From contig LSRY02000004.1 of the NCBI GenBank assembly GCA_001643675.2, positions 2,232,001 through 2,296,000 on the forward strand: a DNA stretch of 64,000 bases, in the 5' to 3' direction. Position numbers and translations under genes: made by a program. The stretch is from Monocercomonoides exilis PA203 (Eukaryota; Protista; Preaxostyla). This document shows, piece after piece, positions 23,301 through 35,688 of the stretch. Under the pieces are notes generated by a model. The model was not told the origin of the DNA. It saw only the letters and a program-made list of their open reading frames with translations, and ran no database searches. Numbering within the stretch: the stretch's first letter is position 1; the number at the start of each line of letters is the position of its first letter.

Positions 23301-26300
23301 GCAGATGAGAAAGAAAGAGAGAAAGAAAGAGAAAAGGAAAGAGAAAGAGAAAGAGGAAGAGGAAGAGAAGAGGAAGAGATGAATGTCAGAGAAAGCGAAA
23401 GAGGAAGAGAAGACACGATGAATGAGAAAGAGGAAGAGGAAGAAAAAGAAGATAAAGAAAACTTATCTGCAAAAGAGGCAGACAAAATGAATGAAGATGT
23501 TTCATTTGAGGAAACAACAAATTCGTCACAAAATTCTTCTGTCTCGTCCACACCCACAAAAAGAGAGCATTCCAAAATGAGTTCATTCATCTCATTCATT
23601 TCTGCTGGCTACAAATCAAATCCCTCAAAATCTCCTTCAGCTTCTTCTCAACAACTTTCTTCTTCTCCTTCTCCTTCTCCTTCATCAACATCTCCTTCTT
23701 CTTCTCCTCAAAATGACACAATTCCATTGCAATCTTCTCCAAATGCAATTTCTTCTTCTTCTTCTTCCTCCTCCTTATCATCATCGTCTTCATCGTCTTC
23801 TCCTTCTTCAACACAAAACAATTTATCTTCTTCAAATTCTTCTGAAATTGACCACATTTCAACATCAACAACATCATCATCTTCAACTTCTTCTTCATCT
23901 TCTCCTTTCACTTCACTTTCTTCTCTGACTTCAAAATTGTTTTCTCGCTCTCCTTCTTCTCCTTCTCTTTCATCTTCCTCTTCCTCTTCCTCTTCCTCCT
24001 CCTCCTCCTCATCATCTTCATCTTCTTCATTGTCTCTATCTTCCTCTTCCTCTTCTTCTCCTTCTTTTTCAATTCGTTATTATTCCTCTCTATTTCCTTC
24101 TTCTTCTCCTTCCTCTTCTCCTCTCCCTTCATCCTCACCAACATCTTCTTCTGATCATCTGCTGATGGCTCCTTTGGATTCCACTTCATCTTCTTCTATT
24201 TCATCATCATCATCTTCTTCTTCTCCAACCATTCTTCTTCATCTTCCACATTCCAATCTTCCTGACTTGTCATTTGTTGATGAAATTGCCAATGAAACAG
24301 AACATAACAACACTTCTGTTGATGATGATGACATTCTTTCTTCTTCTTCTTCTTCTTCTTCTTCTTCTTCTCTTTCTCTAAAGACTCAACAAAAGACAAA
24401 ATACAACTCAAAACAGAAGCAATCAAAGATAACATCTAATATCTCGCCATCATCTTCTCTTTCTTCTTCTTCTCTTTCCTCTTCCTCTTCCACTTCTCCT
24501 GTGTGTGATGCAGACACAGATGTCTCTCTCTTGTCGATGGATGCAAACGACTTCAACTTCCTCTTTTCGGCAAAAGAGAGAGAAAACGAGGCAGAAGGCG
24601 GTTATGTTTTTGTGAGCCAAAGAAAAAGACCTCTGTCTCCACTTCAGACACAACACACGATTTCTCCTGCATCTTTTGGAGAGAACGAGAAGGGAAAAGA
24701 AGAGAAGAAGGGGAAGAGAGAGAAAGAGAAGGAGAAAGAGAAGGAAAAGGAGAAAGAGAAAGATAAAGATAAAGATAAAGAGAAGGAAGGAGGAGGAGAG
24801 GAAGAAGAAGATGCAAAATCGAAAGGAAAGAAGAAAAGTGAGAGAGATGCGAAAGAGATTTATTCTCAAATGTTTTTGTCGACAGATGAGACAGAACAGA
24901 ATGACTTGTGTCCGCTTTGCTTTCCTCCATTTCCTTCTCCTCCAATCAGCATCAGAAAAGAGAAGGAGAAAGAGAAGGAGAAAGAGAACAAAAAAGAAGA
25001 GGAACCTCTTTTTGGAAGCATTCCACAAGAAGAGGAAGGGGCAGATGAAGATGATGACGAAGAGAAAGAGAAAGAGAAAGAGAAAGAGAAAGAGAAAGAG
25101 AAAGAAGGAAAAGAAGATAAGCAAAAAGAGAATACAAATACGAATGCAAATGAAAATGAAGAAGAGAAAAAAGAAGAGAAAAAACCTGTTCAAGTAGAGC
25201 AATTAACAGCAGAAGAACCAAAATGTCTGCCATCCAATTCGGATGAACCGCAACTGCTGCACAATTCATCAGATGATCATTCATCTGCCTCTGATGACAC
25301 TCAACAACAACAACAATATGAAGAAGAAGTGAAAGAAGAAGAAGAAAAAGTGAAAGAGAAAGGAGAAAAAGGAGAAGAAGAAAAAGAAAAGGAAAAAGGA
25401 GAAGAAGAAGCAGAATCTGCCATTGAACATCCAACAGAGCCATTAATTCCTTCAGCAGATGACACAATTTCTTCATCTTCTGGTTTTTCTGCACAGCCAA
25501 CATCTGTTTTGAATGAGTCTTTTGGAAGCAAAAAAACTGAAAAACACGAAACAGATGAAAAAGAAGAAGACAAAGAAGAAGATAAAAAAGAAGACAAAAA
25601 GGAAAGTGAACAATCAGACAACAAAAAGAATGAAGCACTTATTCCAAAGAAAGTGGAACCAGAAGAAGAAGAAAAAGAAGCAGCAGTAGCAGAAGAGGTG
25701 ACTTCAGTGAAAGTGTTGGTGACCTCTTCAATCACATCCACCCAGCCGACATCGAACAAAACATCTTTTACTCGCCACTCGCGCACTCTTTCTCAATCAA
25801 ACACCAAAAGACGATCACTTTCTCCTTCTGTCTCTTTGTCCTCTTCCCAGTCAGCTCTTTCTTTTCCTTCCTCTTTCTTCCTCTCTTCTGGCGCTGACTC
25901 TGAAATGTTTGGTGCTCTCCCTCCATCTGCTGCTTCATTCGAACCTTCTCATTCTTCCCTCTCTTCTCTCTCTTCTGCTTCTGCCTCTGCCTCTTCCTCT
26001 TCTTCTTCATCCAAAAAACCTCTTTCTTCAATGCCCTTTTCTCCTTTCACTTCTTCTTCCTCATTCAAATCCAACTCTTCCTCCAAAAAGAGTGCCTTCT
26101 TCCTTTCTTCTTCTTCATCCAACAGAAAATCCTCTTTAACATCTTCTTCTTCTTCTTCCTCCATATACACCTCTATTTATCCTCAGCTGAATGAACTTCC
26201 ATCTCTTCTGCCGCCCTTCTTGTCAATGGACACCCTCAGACCATCTGTCCATCCACACACGAAGAGTGGAAGATTGAAGGATGACGAAGAAGAAGAAGAA

Positions 26301-29300
26301 GATAATGATAAGGAAGGAAAAGAAGAGAAAGAGAAAGAAAAAGAAAAAGAAAAGAAGGAAAATGAAACAAAAAAGAGTGACAAAAGAGCAAATGGAGAAG
26401 AAAAAGAAGAATCAGAGTCAGAATCAGAGTCAGATGATGGAGATAAATCACCTCCGCCCACACTCATCCACCGACTGGGCACAAAAAGAAAGAATGTTCT
26501 GTTTTCAACGCCAATTGCGTCATCTTCATTGGCCACCCCACAAAACAGAACAAGAACACCTCTTCTTCACTCGAAGACGAACTTTGCAGCCACAAAAGAC
26601 GAGTGGAAGACTCTTCTGCTCACCAAAGATGCACATTCAGCTGATGACAGAGAAGGAAAGAGAATGGAACAGAATGGAAAGAATGGAAAGAATGAAGGAA
26701 TGAAAAAGGAAGAGAAAGAAGACGAAGATGAGAAAGAGAAAACAGAGAGGAAGAAGAAAGTATCATTTATGCTATCTTCATCAAGCATTTGGAACGGGTC
26801 AATCAAAAAGGAAGAAAAAGAAGAAGAAGAAGAAAAGAAGAAAGAAAAAGAAAGTGAAGAATCTAAAAGTGAAGATGAGATGGCAATTCCTGTTCTTTTG
26901 AGGCATAAAAATGATAAGTCACAAAATGTCAGTCAACAAGAAACGAAGAAAGTGGATGAAGGAGAAACGAAGGACAAAGAAATAAAAAGCGAAGAAGAAG
27001 GAAAAGAAGAAGGAAAAGAAGAACAAAAAGAAGAAGAACAAAAAGAAGAAGAGAAAGACAATCAAAATTCATCAACAGACGCAAAAGCAGAAGTTCAAAA
27101 AGAAGAGAAGAAAGAAGAAAAGCCGATAGAAATCATAGAGATGGTTTCCTTTGGTGATGACTCAGATGCTTCAACTGATCAATCATTATCATCATCGTCT
27201 TCTTCTTCTTTATCATCTTCATCATCTTCCAATTCGTCTTTTTCAGTTACAACACTTTCTGAATTGACTTCTGCTCAAACATCTTCAAACAATTCGTCTC
27301 AATCAACCACAAAAGACAACACCACTCAATCCACAGATAATCAAACATCACCACTCAATCTACCAAGCACCCCTGATTCCATCACAATTTCTATTTCTAC
27401 TCCTTCTCCTTCTCCTTCTCTTTTGTCTTCCTCTCTTTCTTCTCCTCTTCCTTCTCCTTTCATTTCGCCCACTTCACTCTCTCCTCTTCGGCTACCTTCC
27501 ACAAACACATCCTCTGAGTCTCTTCAGCTTCCTCCCTCTCTCTCCTCTCCTTGTGCCTCTCCTCCCTCTCTCCTCTCTCCCTCCTACACTTCAACCTCTC
27601 CTTCTCTCCCTCCTCTTCCTTCCTCACCCACATCCCCCGTTCCTCTGCTTCCTCCTTCCTCTCCTCTTCCCTCTGATTCTACTCCCCCACCATCACCCCC
27701 AACCCCTCCCACTCCTCCTTCTCCACCCCCAACTCTTCCTTCTCTTCTGCCTCACTCTGTCTCCTGCTGCGAAACATGCGGTGTGAGACCGACGATGGAA
27801 GATGCTGTGCTCATTCTGCCCTGTTCGGGGTGGGACATCAGCACTCTCATCGAAGACAACCAAATACCCCTCTTAAGAAGACTGCTTCTGATGCCACAGG
27901 AAATAAGGTTCCACAAAGATGGGATGAAAGTTTTCAACGAAAGAGAGGCAGAAAGATGGCAGAAGAAAGTGGAGAGAAGGAGAGCAATGGAAGAGCAATG
28001 GGAGAAGGAGGCAAAGGAAATGATGGAGAAGCAGGAGAGGAAAGAGGCGTTGAGAAGAAATGACAAAGAGAAAGAAAAAGAAAAAGAAAAAACGGAAAAA
28101 CTTGAAAGTTCATCCAACAGTGGAAGCAAAGGAAGAGGATTCTGGTCGTCTTTCCCGTCTTTTGGCTCAATCAAATCGAAGCTTGTGCATCCACTGACAT
28201 CCGCCAGTGGTTCATCTGCATCTTCATCATCATCGTCTTCTTCTCCTTTCTTCTCCTCTCATGTCCCTTCTCTCCACTCCCTTTTGTCTCCTCCTCCTGT
28301 CCTCCCTCCTTTCACTCGCTACTTCAACCCCAAATTGGAAGGAGGATGTGGCATTTTTGCGGTGTTTGACGGACACAAAGGACCAAATGCAGCGAATTTC
28401 TTGTCTTCGCACTTTGTCTCTGTCTTTCTCGAGGAATGCAGCACATTTGCTTTGGAGAACAGAAAGAGGAAGCTGAAAGAGGCTGTTACGGTGAGAAGGT
28501 TGAAGGAGAAAGAGAAGGAGATTGAAAGAGAAAGAGAAAGAGAAAAGGAAATTGAACAAGGAAGCGACGAAAAGAATGAGAAAAGCAAAGATTCAGAAGG
28601 CATCCCAATCTGCGTGAAAAGCGAAGAGCAGAAAGGAGAAAACGGCAACTGGGTGTTCATTAAGAACGTGAACAACACAGAAGAATCAAAAGAAGAAGGC
28701 AAAGAGGAAGAAAAGAAAGCAGATGGAAATTCGACAGAAACAACTGGAACGCCAATTGTATGCTCTTCATCAGCAGCGCCTGTTCCTGAGCATCCGAATT
28801 TTGCTTCTGAAGATCTGTCGAATGTGTCTGCAGACCAAAATGCACCTTCTCTTTCAAACGATCGTCCCTCTCTTTCATCGCAGTCGTCTTCTGACTCAAC
28901 ATCTTCATCTGATCCACCGCTGCTGACACGAATTCTGCAGTCCACATTTGCCAAGCTGCTTGTGCAGATGAAGGAGTTGTGTGTGCCAGACGGTGCATGT
29001 GCCCTTGTTGCTGTTGTCTGCCCATCGCGTGTCTACCTCGCTAATGTTGGCGACTGCAGAGCTGTTCTCGTGTCAAGATTTTACGATGCTTCTGTCTTTG
29101 GCTCAAGGAAAAGAGGGCATTGCAAACAGGATGAAGAAGAGAAAGACAAAGGAAACAGAAGCAACAAAAATGGAGAAACTGAAGATGGAAAGAGAGACAA
29201 TTCAAAAGAATCTGAAGAAGGAAGTTCTTCGGATACCCATTCAAGCAACTCTTCGACTTCTCTTTCTCAGTCAATCATTACTCCCACAAAAATGTATTCT

Positions 29301-30836
29301 TCCTCATCTTCTTCTGGAGTGCTGCTTCAGTCTTCCCCTTCCACTCTACAGGATAGTCACAGCCCAGCTGTATCACCTTCTCCTCTTCCTTCTCCTCTTT
29401 CGTCTCTTTCTCTGACCCCATCACCTCTTTCACCAGCAACACCTTATGTTTCATCTGCTTTGTCTATACAGCCTTTCCATTCGGCTGATCTTCTTCAGCC
29501 ACTTGTGATGTCTCCAGCAGCAACTTATGCTTCTTCTGCATCTTCATTTTGCTCAAATAGCTCTTTCAAACCAACAACCTCTTTCTGTCCAACTTCTCAT
29601 CTTCATCCTCTTCCTCTTCCTTCTTCTTCTTTGGATACTGCTGAATCTATTTTACCTGCAAATTCCGCAAATCCACCACCACCACCACCATCACCATCAT
29701 CATCATCACCCTCGACTCCATCTGACTATCAACCTCATCCTTCGTCTTGTGCTGAATGCCATCCATCCTTCCATCCTCCTTCTGAATTCTTTCCTCCTCC
29801 AAATCCTTCTGCCTCTCTTCGCCATCCGCTCTTTCTGTCGTCTCCTTCCATGCAGATTGTGGGGAAAGCTGCCACAATCGACCACAAGCCAATCAACAAG
29901 AGAGAAGAGAGGTATGTCAAGAGCGTGAACGGCTTTGTGTCGAACGAGCGGCGCATCAACGGAATTTTGGCAGTGGGCAGAGCGATGGGCGACTTTGACA
30001 TGGCACCTGCAGTCAGCAACGAGCCAGACTTGTTCTGTTTGGACATCGACAGATGGAATGGACTGCACCTGGGCAGAGAGGAGGAGGAGGAGAAGGAGAA
30101 GAAGGAAGAGGAGGAAGAAGAAGACAGCAAGAGAAAGGAAGAAAAGAATGAGAAATGTGTTGAAGAATGCGGCAAAGAGAGAACGGTTGCTTCAGCCAAT
30201 TCAGAACAGCCAACAGACACGATGGAATCATCTTACTCAGCCTCGTTCTCAAACACCCCCTCATCTCCAATGAAACAGCCTCATTCATCTCTTCAGATGC
30301 CTCCTGTCCGCAGTTGCGGATGCCAGCGGAGTGAGCCAGTTGAGCTGAATTCGTCTTTGGCAGCTGTGCTGGACGAATGGATTTCTCCTCCAATTCCTTT
30401 CCCTTCTGCTTGCCACGAAGATGTCGAGACAAACCAGCCTCCACATTTGTGTGCTCGGATGGCAGAAAAGAAGGAAGAGGAGGAGAACAAGAGCGAAAAG
30501 TGCTCTCTTCCACATGCAGCTGTCCAGACATCGTCGTGGGAGCGAGAAGATGTGGCGCTTGTGATTGGCTGCGATGGACTGTTTGATGTGATGGACAACC
30601 AGCAGATCGCTGAAATTGCCTGCCCCTGGATGAACCCTGCAGACACAGATGTGTTCAACGACCCAGTCTTTGACAGCGAAGACGAGGAGAACAGAGGAAA
30701 CGAGAGAGGACACGGCTGCTTCTGCAGGAAAGTCAAGAGAGGCCAGCTGGCTGAGCTGGCTGCGCTGAGGTTGAGGTCAGCTGCTGATGCATTGGAGTCA
30801 ACGGATAATTTGAGCGTGATTGTTATAGTTTTGTAA
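17374..30836 (+). CDS. Giant leucine-rich-repeat + PP2C (PPM) protein phosphatase, over 4200 aa, with very large Ser- and Glu/Lys-rich inserts
   Basis: Many LxxLxLxxNxL repeats in about five short 5' exons and the start of the 18997-30836 terminal exon. PP2C motifs GVRPTMEDA, FAVFDGHKG, LANVGDCRAVL, DHKP, RINGILAVGRAMGD, IGCDGLFDV, STDNLSV. Confidence 0.9.
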
Positions 30837-31184
30837 AGAGAGGTATTAGGCTTTGTTTTATTTGAGAGTCTGAAAAATAAACAATAATCTATGAAACAAA
30901 ATGTTTGTTTGTCCAATAGGCAAATTATGTATTTTTATGTATTAATCAATATTTTGAGCTTTTCCATTTTAATTCTTTAACATTTATTTTTTTTTTCCAA
31001 CTTTATTTGTAGACATCAAATGATCACCGCATTTTCTTGATGTTAGTTATTAAAATGTATTCAAAAATTTTTATGAAAATATAAAATATTCATAATTTGC
31101 CTTTTTGAAAAACATATTTCCAAAAAAAAGATGAATGATATTATTATTATATCTCTTGATCAAAAAAATCACAAATTATCGAAA

Positions 31185-32509
31185 ATGAGGATTTTCATGA
31201 TTGCAGTGTTGAGCATGATAGGATTGCTAGGCGCACAGGAGAGCGGAGAGCAGCAGCAAGAGGAGGAGATAGATGCGGTGACTTTCGGGTCTAACATCAA
31301 GCTTCAGCACATCAATTCGCGCCATCGGCTGCATTCTCACGAGGTGCCGTACGGTATGTTTGCATATATATTGCGGAAATAGTCTGTGCTTGCGTACGAT
31401 ACGTGCATTTTTTCTTTTTCTTTTTGATGATGGTATTTTGCGATTCATTTAATATTTGATATTTGTTTTGGAAGTGTTTGAGTTTTGTAAATTCATTTCA
31501 TTTGTTTTATTTTAATTTTTTCAAACTTTATGTTGCTTGCATGCTTTTGGGCTGAACTGTTTTGCTGACGGAAAATGGTTCAATTTACATAATAATTATT
31601 GTTTTTTATGCACACATGCCAATGAAATGTGTTGCCATGTACTGTCGCATGGACTCAACTTGTTGTTGTATTCTGTGTGGCATTCAGGACAGGGCAGTTT
31701 CCAGCAATCGGTGACGGCTTATCCGAAGGGAGATGATCCAAACTCGTTGTGGATCGTGAAAGGAGCTTTTGGGAGATCTGTAAAGAGGGGGTTTGCGCCA
31801 TTGCTTGTTTTTCAATTTTTTTTATTTGCTTCATTTGAATTCTATTGCAGAACACCTGTTGAGTGTGGAGATATTATTCGATTGGAGCATGTGAAGACAG
31901 GAAAGAACCTTCACTCTCATAGCTTTAAGTCACCAGTATCTGCACAGCAAGAAGTGAGCTGTTTTGGAGAAAAGGGGGAAGGAGACGTCCGTATGCATAT
32001 GAGCTGGTTATTTTTTGATATTTTATTTGCTAATTATATTTTGTGCGGGGATTTACATGCATTTTTTTCGGACAGTGGACAATTGGAAGTTGATTTGCGA
32101 ACCAAACAGGCACACGGGGAATGTGTGGAACAGGGGACTGCCAGTGATGCTACAGGTTTAACACTTTTCTTTTTGGTGTATATTTTGTCTCATTGATATC
32201 CTTTCTCTTTTTCTTTTATTGTGTTTGCAACTCCTTGGGAAAGCATGTTGAAACAAAGCGATATCTGTTTGCACACAAAGCAAACGTTTTTCCATCACCA
32301 CTTCAAGGGCAGATTGAGGTGACAGGTTTGGACTTTAGTATTTTTAATGACATTTACCTCCAATTTCACCACTCTTTTTTTTTTCTATTTTTCGTTTTTA
32401 CTAATCTGATCTGTTCTGCACAAATAAAGCGTTTGACAAGATGGATGATCCAGAAAACAAGTGGAAGACAGCTGAAGGAGTGTATTATCCGCCTCCAAAG
32501 CCTGAATAA
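31185..32509 (+). CDS. SDF2: Stromal cell-derived factor 2-like ER protein (signal peptide + 3 MIR domains), multi-exon
   Basis: VTFGSNIKLQH..RLHSHEVPYG, GSFQQSVTA..DDPNSLWIV, CGDIIRLEHVKTGKNLHSH.FKSPVSAQQEVSCFG, DNW, HVETKRYL, WKTAEGVYY. No HDEL/KDEL. Confidence 0.92.
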
Positions 32510-32969
32510 AAATAGAGTGCAATGGATTATCATTGTAAGATTGTCTTATTTATTTTTCTTTTGCTATCGTTGGTTGTCACAATGGCACTGATGCTTCATT
32601 TCACAGTCGAAACAATTGCGTGAATTCTAGACTATACACTTTTGTTTACAATCTGATAATTGGAAAAAAAATTAAAGAAATATTGTTTCCTTCTGAAACC
32701 ACAACGCTAAAGAGTTATAATTGTGAAAACTTTGTTTTGAAATGCAGAAGTGCCATAATTAAATTTCATGGATATAAAAAGCGTTAAACAGAACTGTGTG
32801 AGACCAAATTCGCAACAATTAACGCTTGAAATGAACTGCCCAAAGAAAAGACCGACCACGTCAAATCTTAGGAGATGCTCAAGCGTGAATATTTTTTATC
32901 AATAAAAATTTAATGAAGCTTTGAAGCATTGGTTTTGGAAAACAAACGATTCTTTCAGAGACACAAGAT

Positions 32970-34471
32970 ATGCTGGAAGCTGTGCAGAGCGCGTCGCGTG
33001 AGTGTCTGCTGGGAGATTCGTTTTGCGAGCAATTGGAGCAGCTGAAAAAAGAGTTCGGGATAAACCGCTCATGCGACAAGGCCGGGAGGGAGATTTTGCG
33101 TGTGTTTGCGCTGTTCTCCATCCGCAAGGGGCTGTCGTACAGCACTGTGCAAAAGATGCGCAATTGCGCTTCTGACCGGCTGTTCCAGAGAGAGCTGATG
33201 GATGCAGCAAAAATACCTCACACGCTGATGGATGCTGAGCTCGTCGAGCTTGTGACGGTGGGAGTGTGCTGCGCCGACGCAGACTGGCTCTTCAGCGAAA
33301 AGAGCACACTGATGTTTGGGAGACTGCTGTGTGGCGTGCTTGGGCTGCCCACAAGCGTGCTGCGCTGGAAACTTCGTGTGAGCCTGGCGTCTCTTGGGCT
33401 TTTGTTCCTCACAACATCAACCAGTTTGCAGCAACCCTTTCTGTTTTCCTTGCTGTTTGTTTCCCCTCCTTGTTTTTTGTTCTTCATTTTGAGAGGACTT
33501 TGCTGTGAAGCATGAGATGCAATCTGTGATTTTCTTTTTGGCAAAGGGGTGAGTCTTTTGGGATTGGGACTGGGAGTGAAGCCATGAGGATGTTTTGTTT
33601 GTGCATTTGCTTTCGTTCACCTTCGACTCATTTGCTTCTTTCCCAATTCTTTTGTTTGGGTTGTGATGCTGCTTGAACAGATTTTGGCTGCCTGAAGTAC
33701 ATTCTGAAAGAGACATTTGAGCTGGCGCTGGAAAGGCACAAAAGAAAGAAGATACGGCTGCCGGGGATGGCGCTTGCTTGCATGCTTTATTTGAGTGCCA
33801 TTCCCTTCTTTTTGGGGGTTTCGAAGGAAGACTATGTGATTGCAGAGGAAATGAAGCTGAGCCAGGGTTGGCTGTGCTTGGAGGCGCTTGTGCGCTCGAT
33901 GGAGGATGTGAGCGAGGCAGAAGAGGAAGGAAGCGGAAATGCGCTGGCAAAGGAGCTGAGTCTGTTTGGGGTGAAATGGGTGTTTGTGCATGTTATTGAA
34001 AACGGGGTGGACTTCAGAGATGGCAGAGTGGCGCAATCAGACCGCTTTGCCTGCCTTCTGAGCGAAGCGTTGAAGCGAAAGCTGGTTTGTGTGAAAGAAC
34101 TGGATTGCTGGGGCGATTTCGAAGAAGCAGAAGAGGGGCTCGAGAGCTTTGTGTTGTCTTTGCTGAACAGAAGGCGATTCGGTCTTCTTGCGTCTTTTGG
34201 GAAAGAAGGGATCAGACTCGTTGCAAACAACATTGCAAAGCTGCTTCGGCACAACGCAGAACATCTCAAATCCAGAGCTGGGGAAATGGCACATTATCTG
34301 AATGAAATGGCCGAGAGCTCGAAGGGGCAGCGGAAGGAGCGTGCGGCATTGCTCAAAAAGTGTTTGGAAGAAGAAGGGTTTGACGATGTGCTGGTGTTGG
34401 CTGCTGGGTTGTGCAACTTAGCAATCGGATGGAATTCTGAATTGCGAGCTTCGATGCTGGCATTGCTTTGA
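32970..34471 (+). CDS. Lineage-specific helical hypothetical protein ('EEEG[FY]' family), probably spliced; start uncertain
   Basis: Coding-like ORFs 32970-33515 and 33767-34471 with short intron-like gaps. The C-terminal CLEEEGFDD resembles MEEEGYED of the 49893-51326 gene. Confidence 0.55.
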
Positions 34472-35688
34472 GGATGCTTGCTTCGTTTGCTTTTTTGGGG
34501 AAAAAAAAAAAATAATTAAAGAAGCAAAGCTTGTTGCAGAGGCGTCTTTATCCGGATTCGAATGTTTATTTCTAATAGTTATTCCTCGTCTTTTTCATTC
34601 TGTAATCTTGTTCTGTAATCGTCTTTTTTTCACTTTTGATTGTGAGTTTGGTGCAGTTTCTGTTGGCGAATGTTTCCGTTTTGTTTTGTGTCTGTGTGGC
34701 TTCTGAAAAGGAAGCGGGCTTTTTTGAAAATCTGTTGATTATCTTTTGTTTTCTTCATTTTCATTTCCAAATTTTCAATCATTCTTGAAACTTGCAAAAA
34801 ATCAAAAACAAAAACAAAAATCAAATCTTTTCTTTTCCCGTTTGTTCAAAAAGCACAAGGAGTTGGAGAAAAAGCAATTCATGGCGCACTTAACACGGAT
34901 GGCATCCTCCAATGACCGTTGCATCGAAAAGCTAATATATCTATTTTCTCAGAGGGACTGCATCGCACATAAACTGGCCAGCATTTGCAATTCCAAACTA
35001 TTGGCAAAGACAAACAGATTTCACCTGAATCAACAAAACAAACAAATAAAAAATTGACATGAATCACCAATGCCATCAAAATCACACCTTTGCCTGCAAT
35101 TCGCAACGAGCTAATTTTTATGCAAATCAACTTTCTGCACCATTCACACTCCATTGTTGTTCATGTTCGTCCGCACAATCAACAATGTCTTTTCTTCCAT
35201 AGCCCTTCCACCAAGCCCAAGAATTGCAGCCTGTGACTCTTTGGTTCGTGAAAATCGGACTGCATCAATTCTAAAACTTTCACATGCACTCAGTATGACC
35301 TGAACAGCAATTGAGAAGCAATTGTTGCTGCTGTTTTATATCTTCACTTTCTCCGTCTCAACCATGCACATCTGCGAAAGAAAAAGCGCATCCACTTATA
35401 TACAATAAATGATAGTCTGCAAAAATTCTTGATAAAAACATTGCATGGTTTCAGCTCTTCTGACTCACAAAAATCATCAAAAACAGATGAACCACTCACT
35501 CATCGCTGTGAAAAAAATGCATGTTTCATTCAAAATGCTTTATGAAAAATCACAAACAATGGCAAACATGCGTTGATGCAATCACATGCTTGGATGAAAC
35601 AAAACACCAAAAAAATAAAACCAATTGCGATCATGCTCCATAAGAAATAAAAGGAAAAGATCACATCCAAACTGATTTTTGCTGCAGC

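Noticed and set aside
19028-30916. Numerous overlapping and antisense ORFs within the LRR-PP2C exon
   Set aside because: Shadow frames of low-complexity triplet repeats, with no domains.
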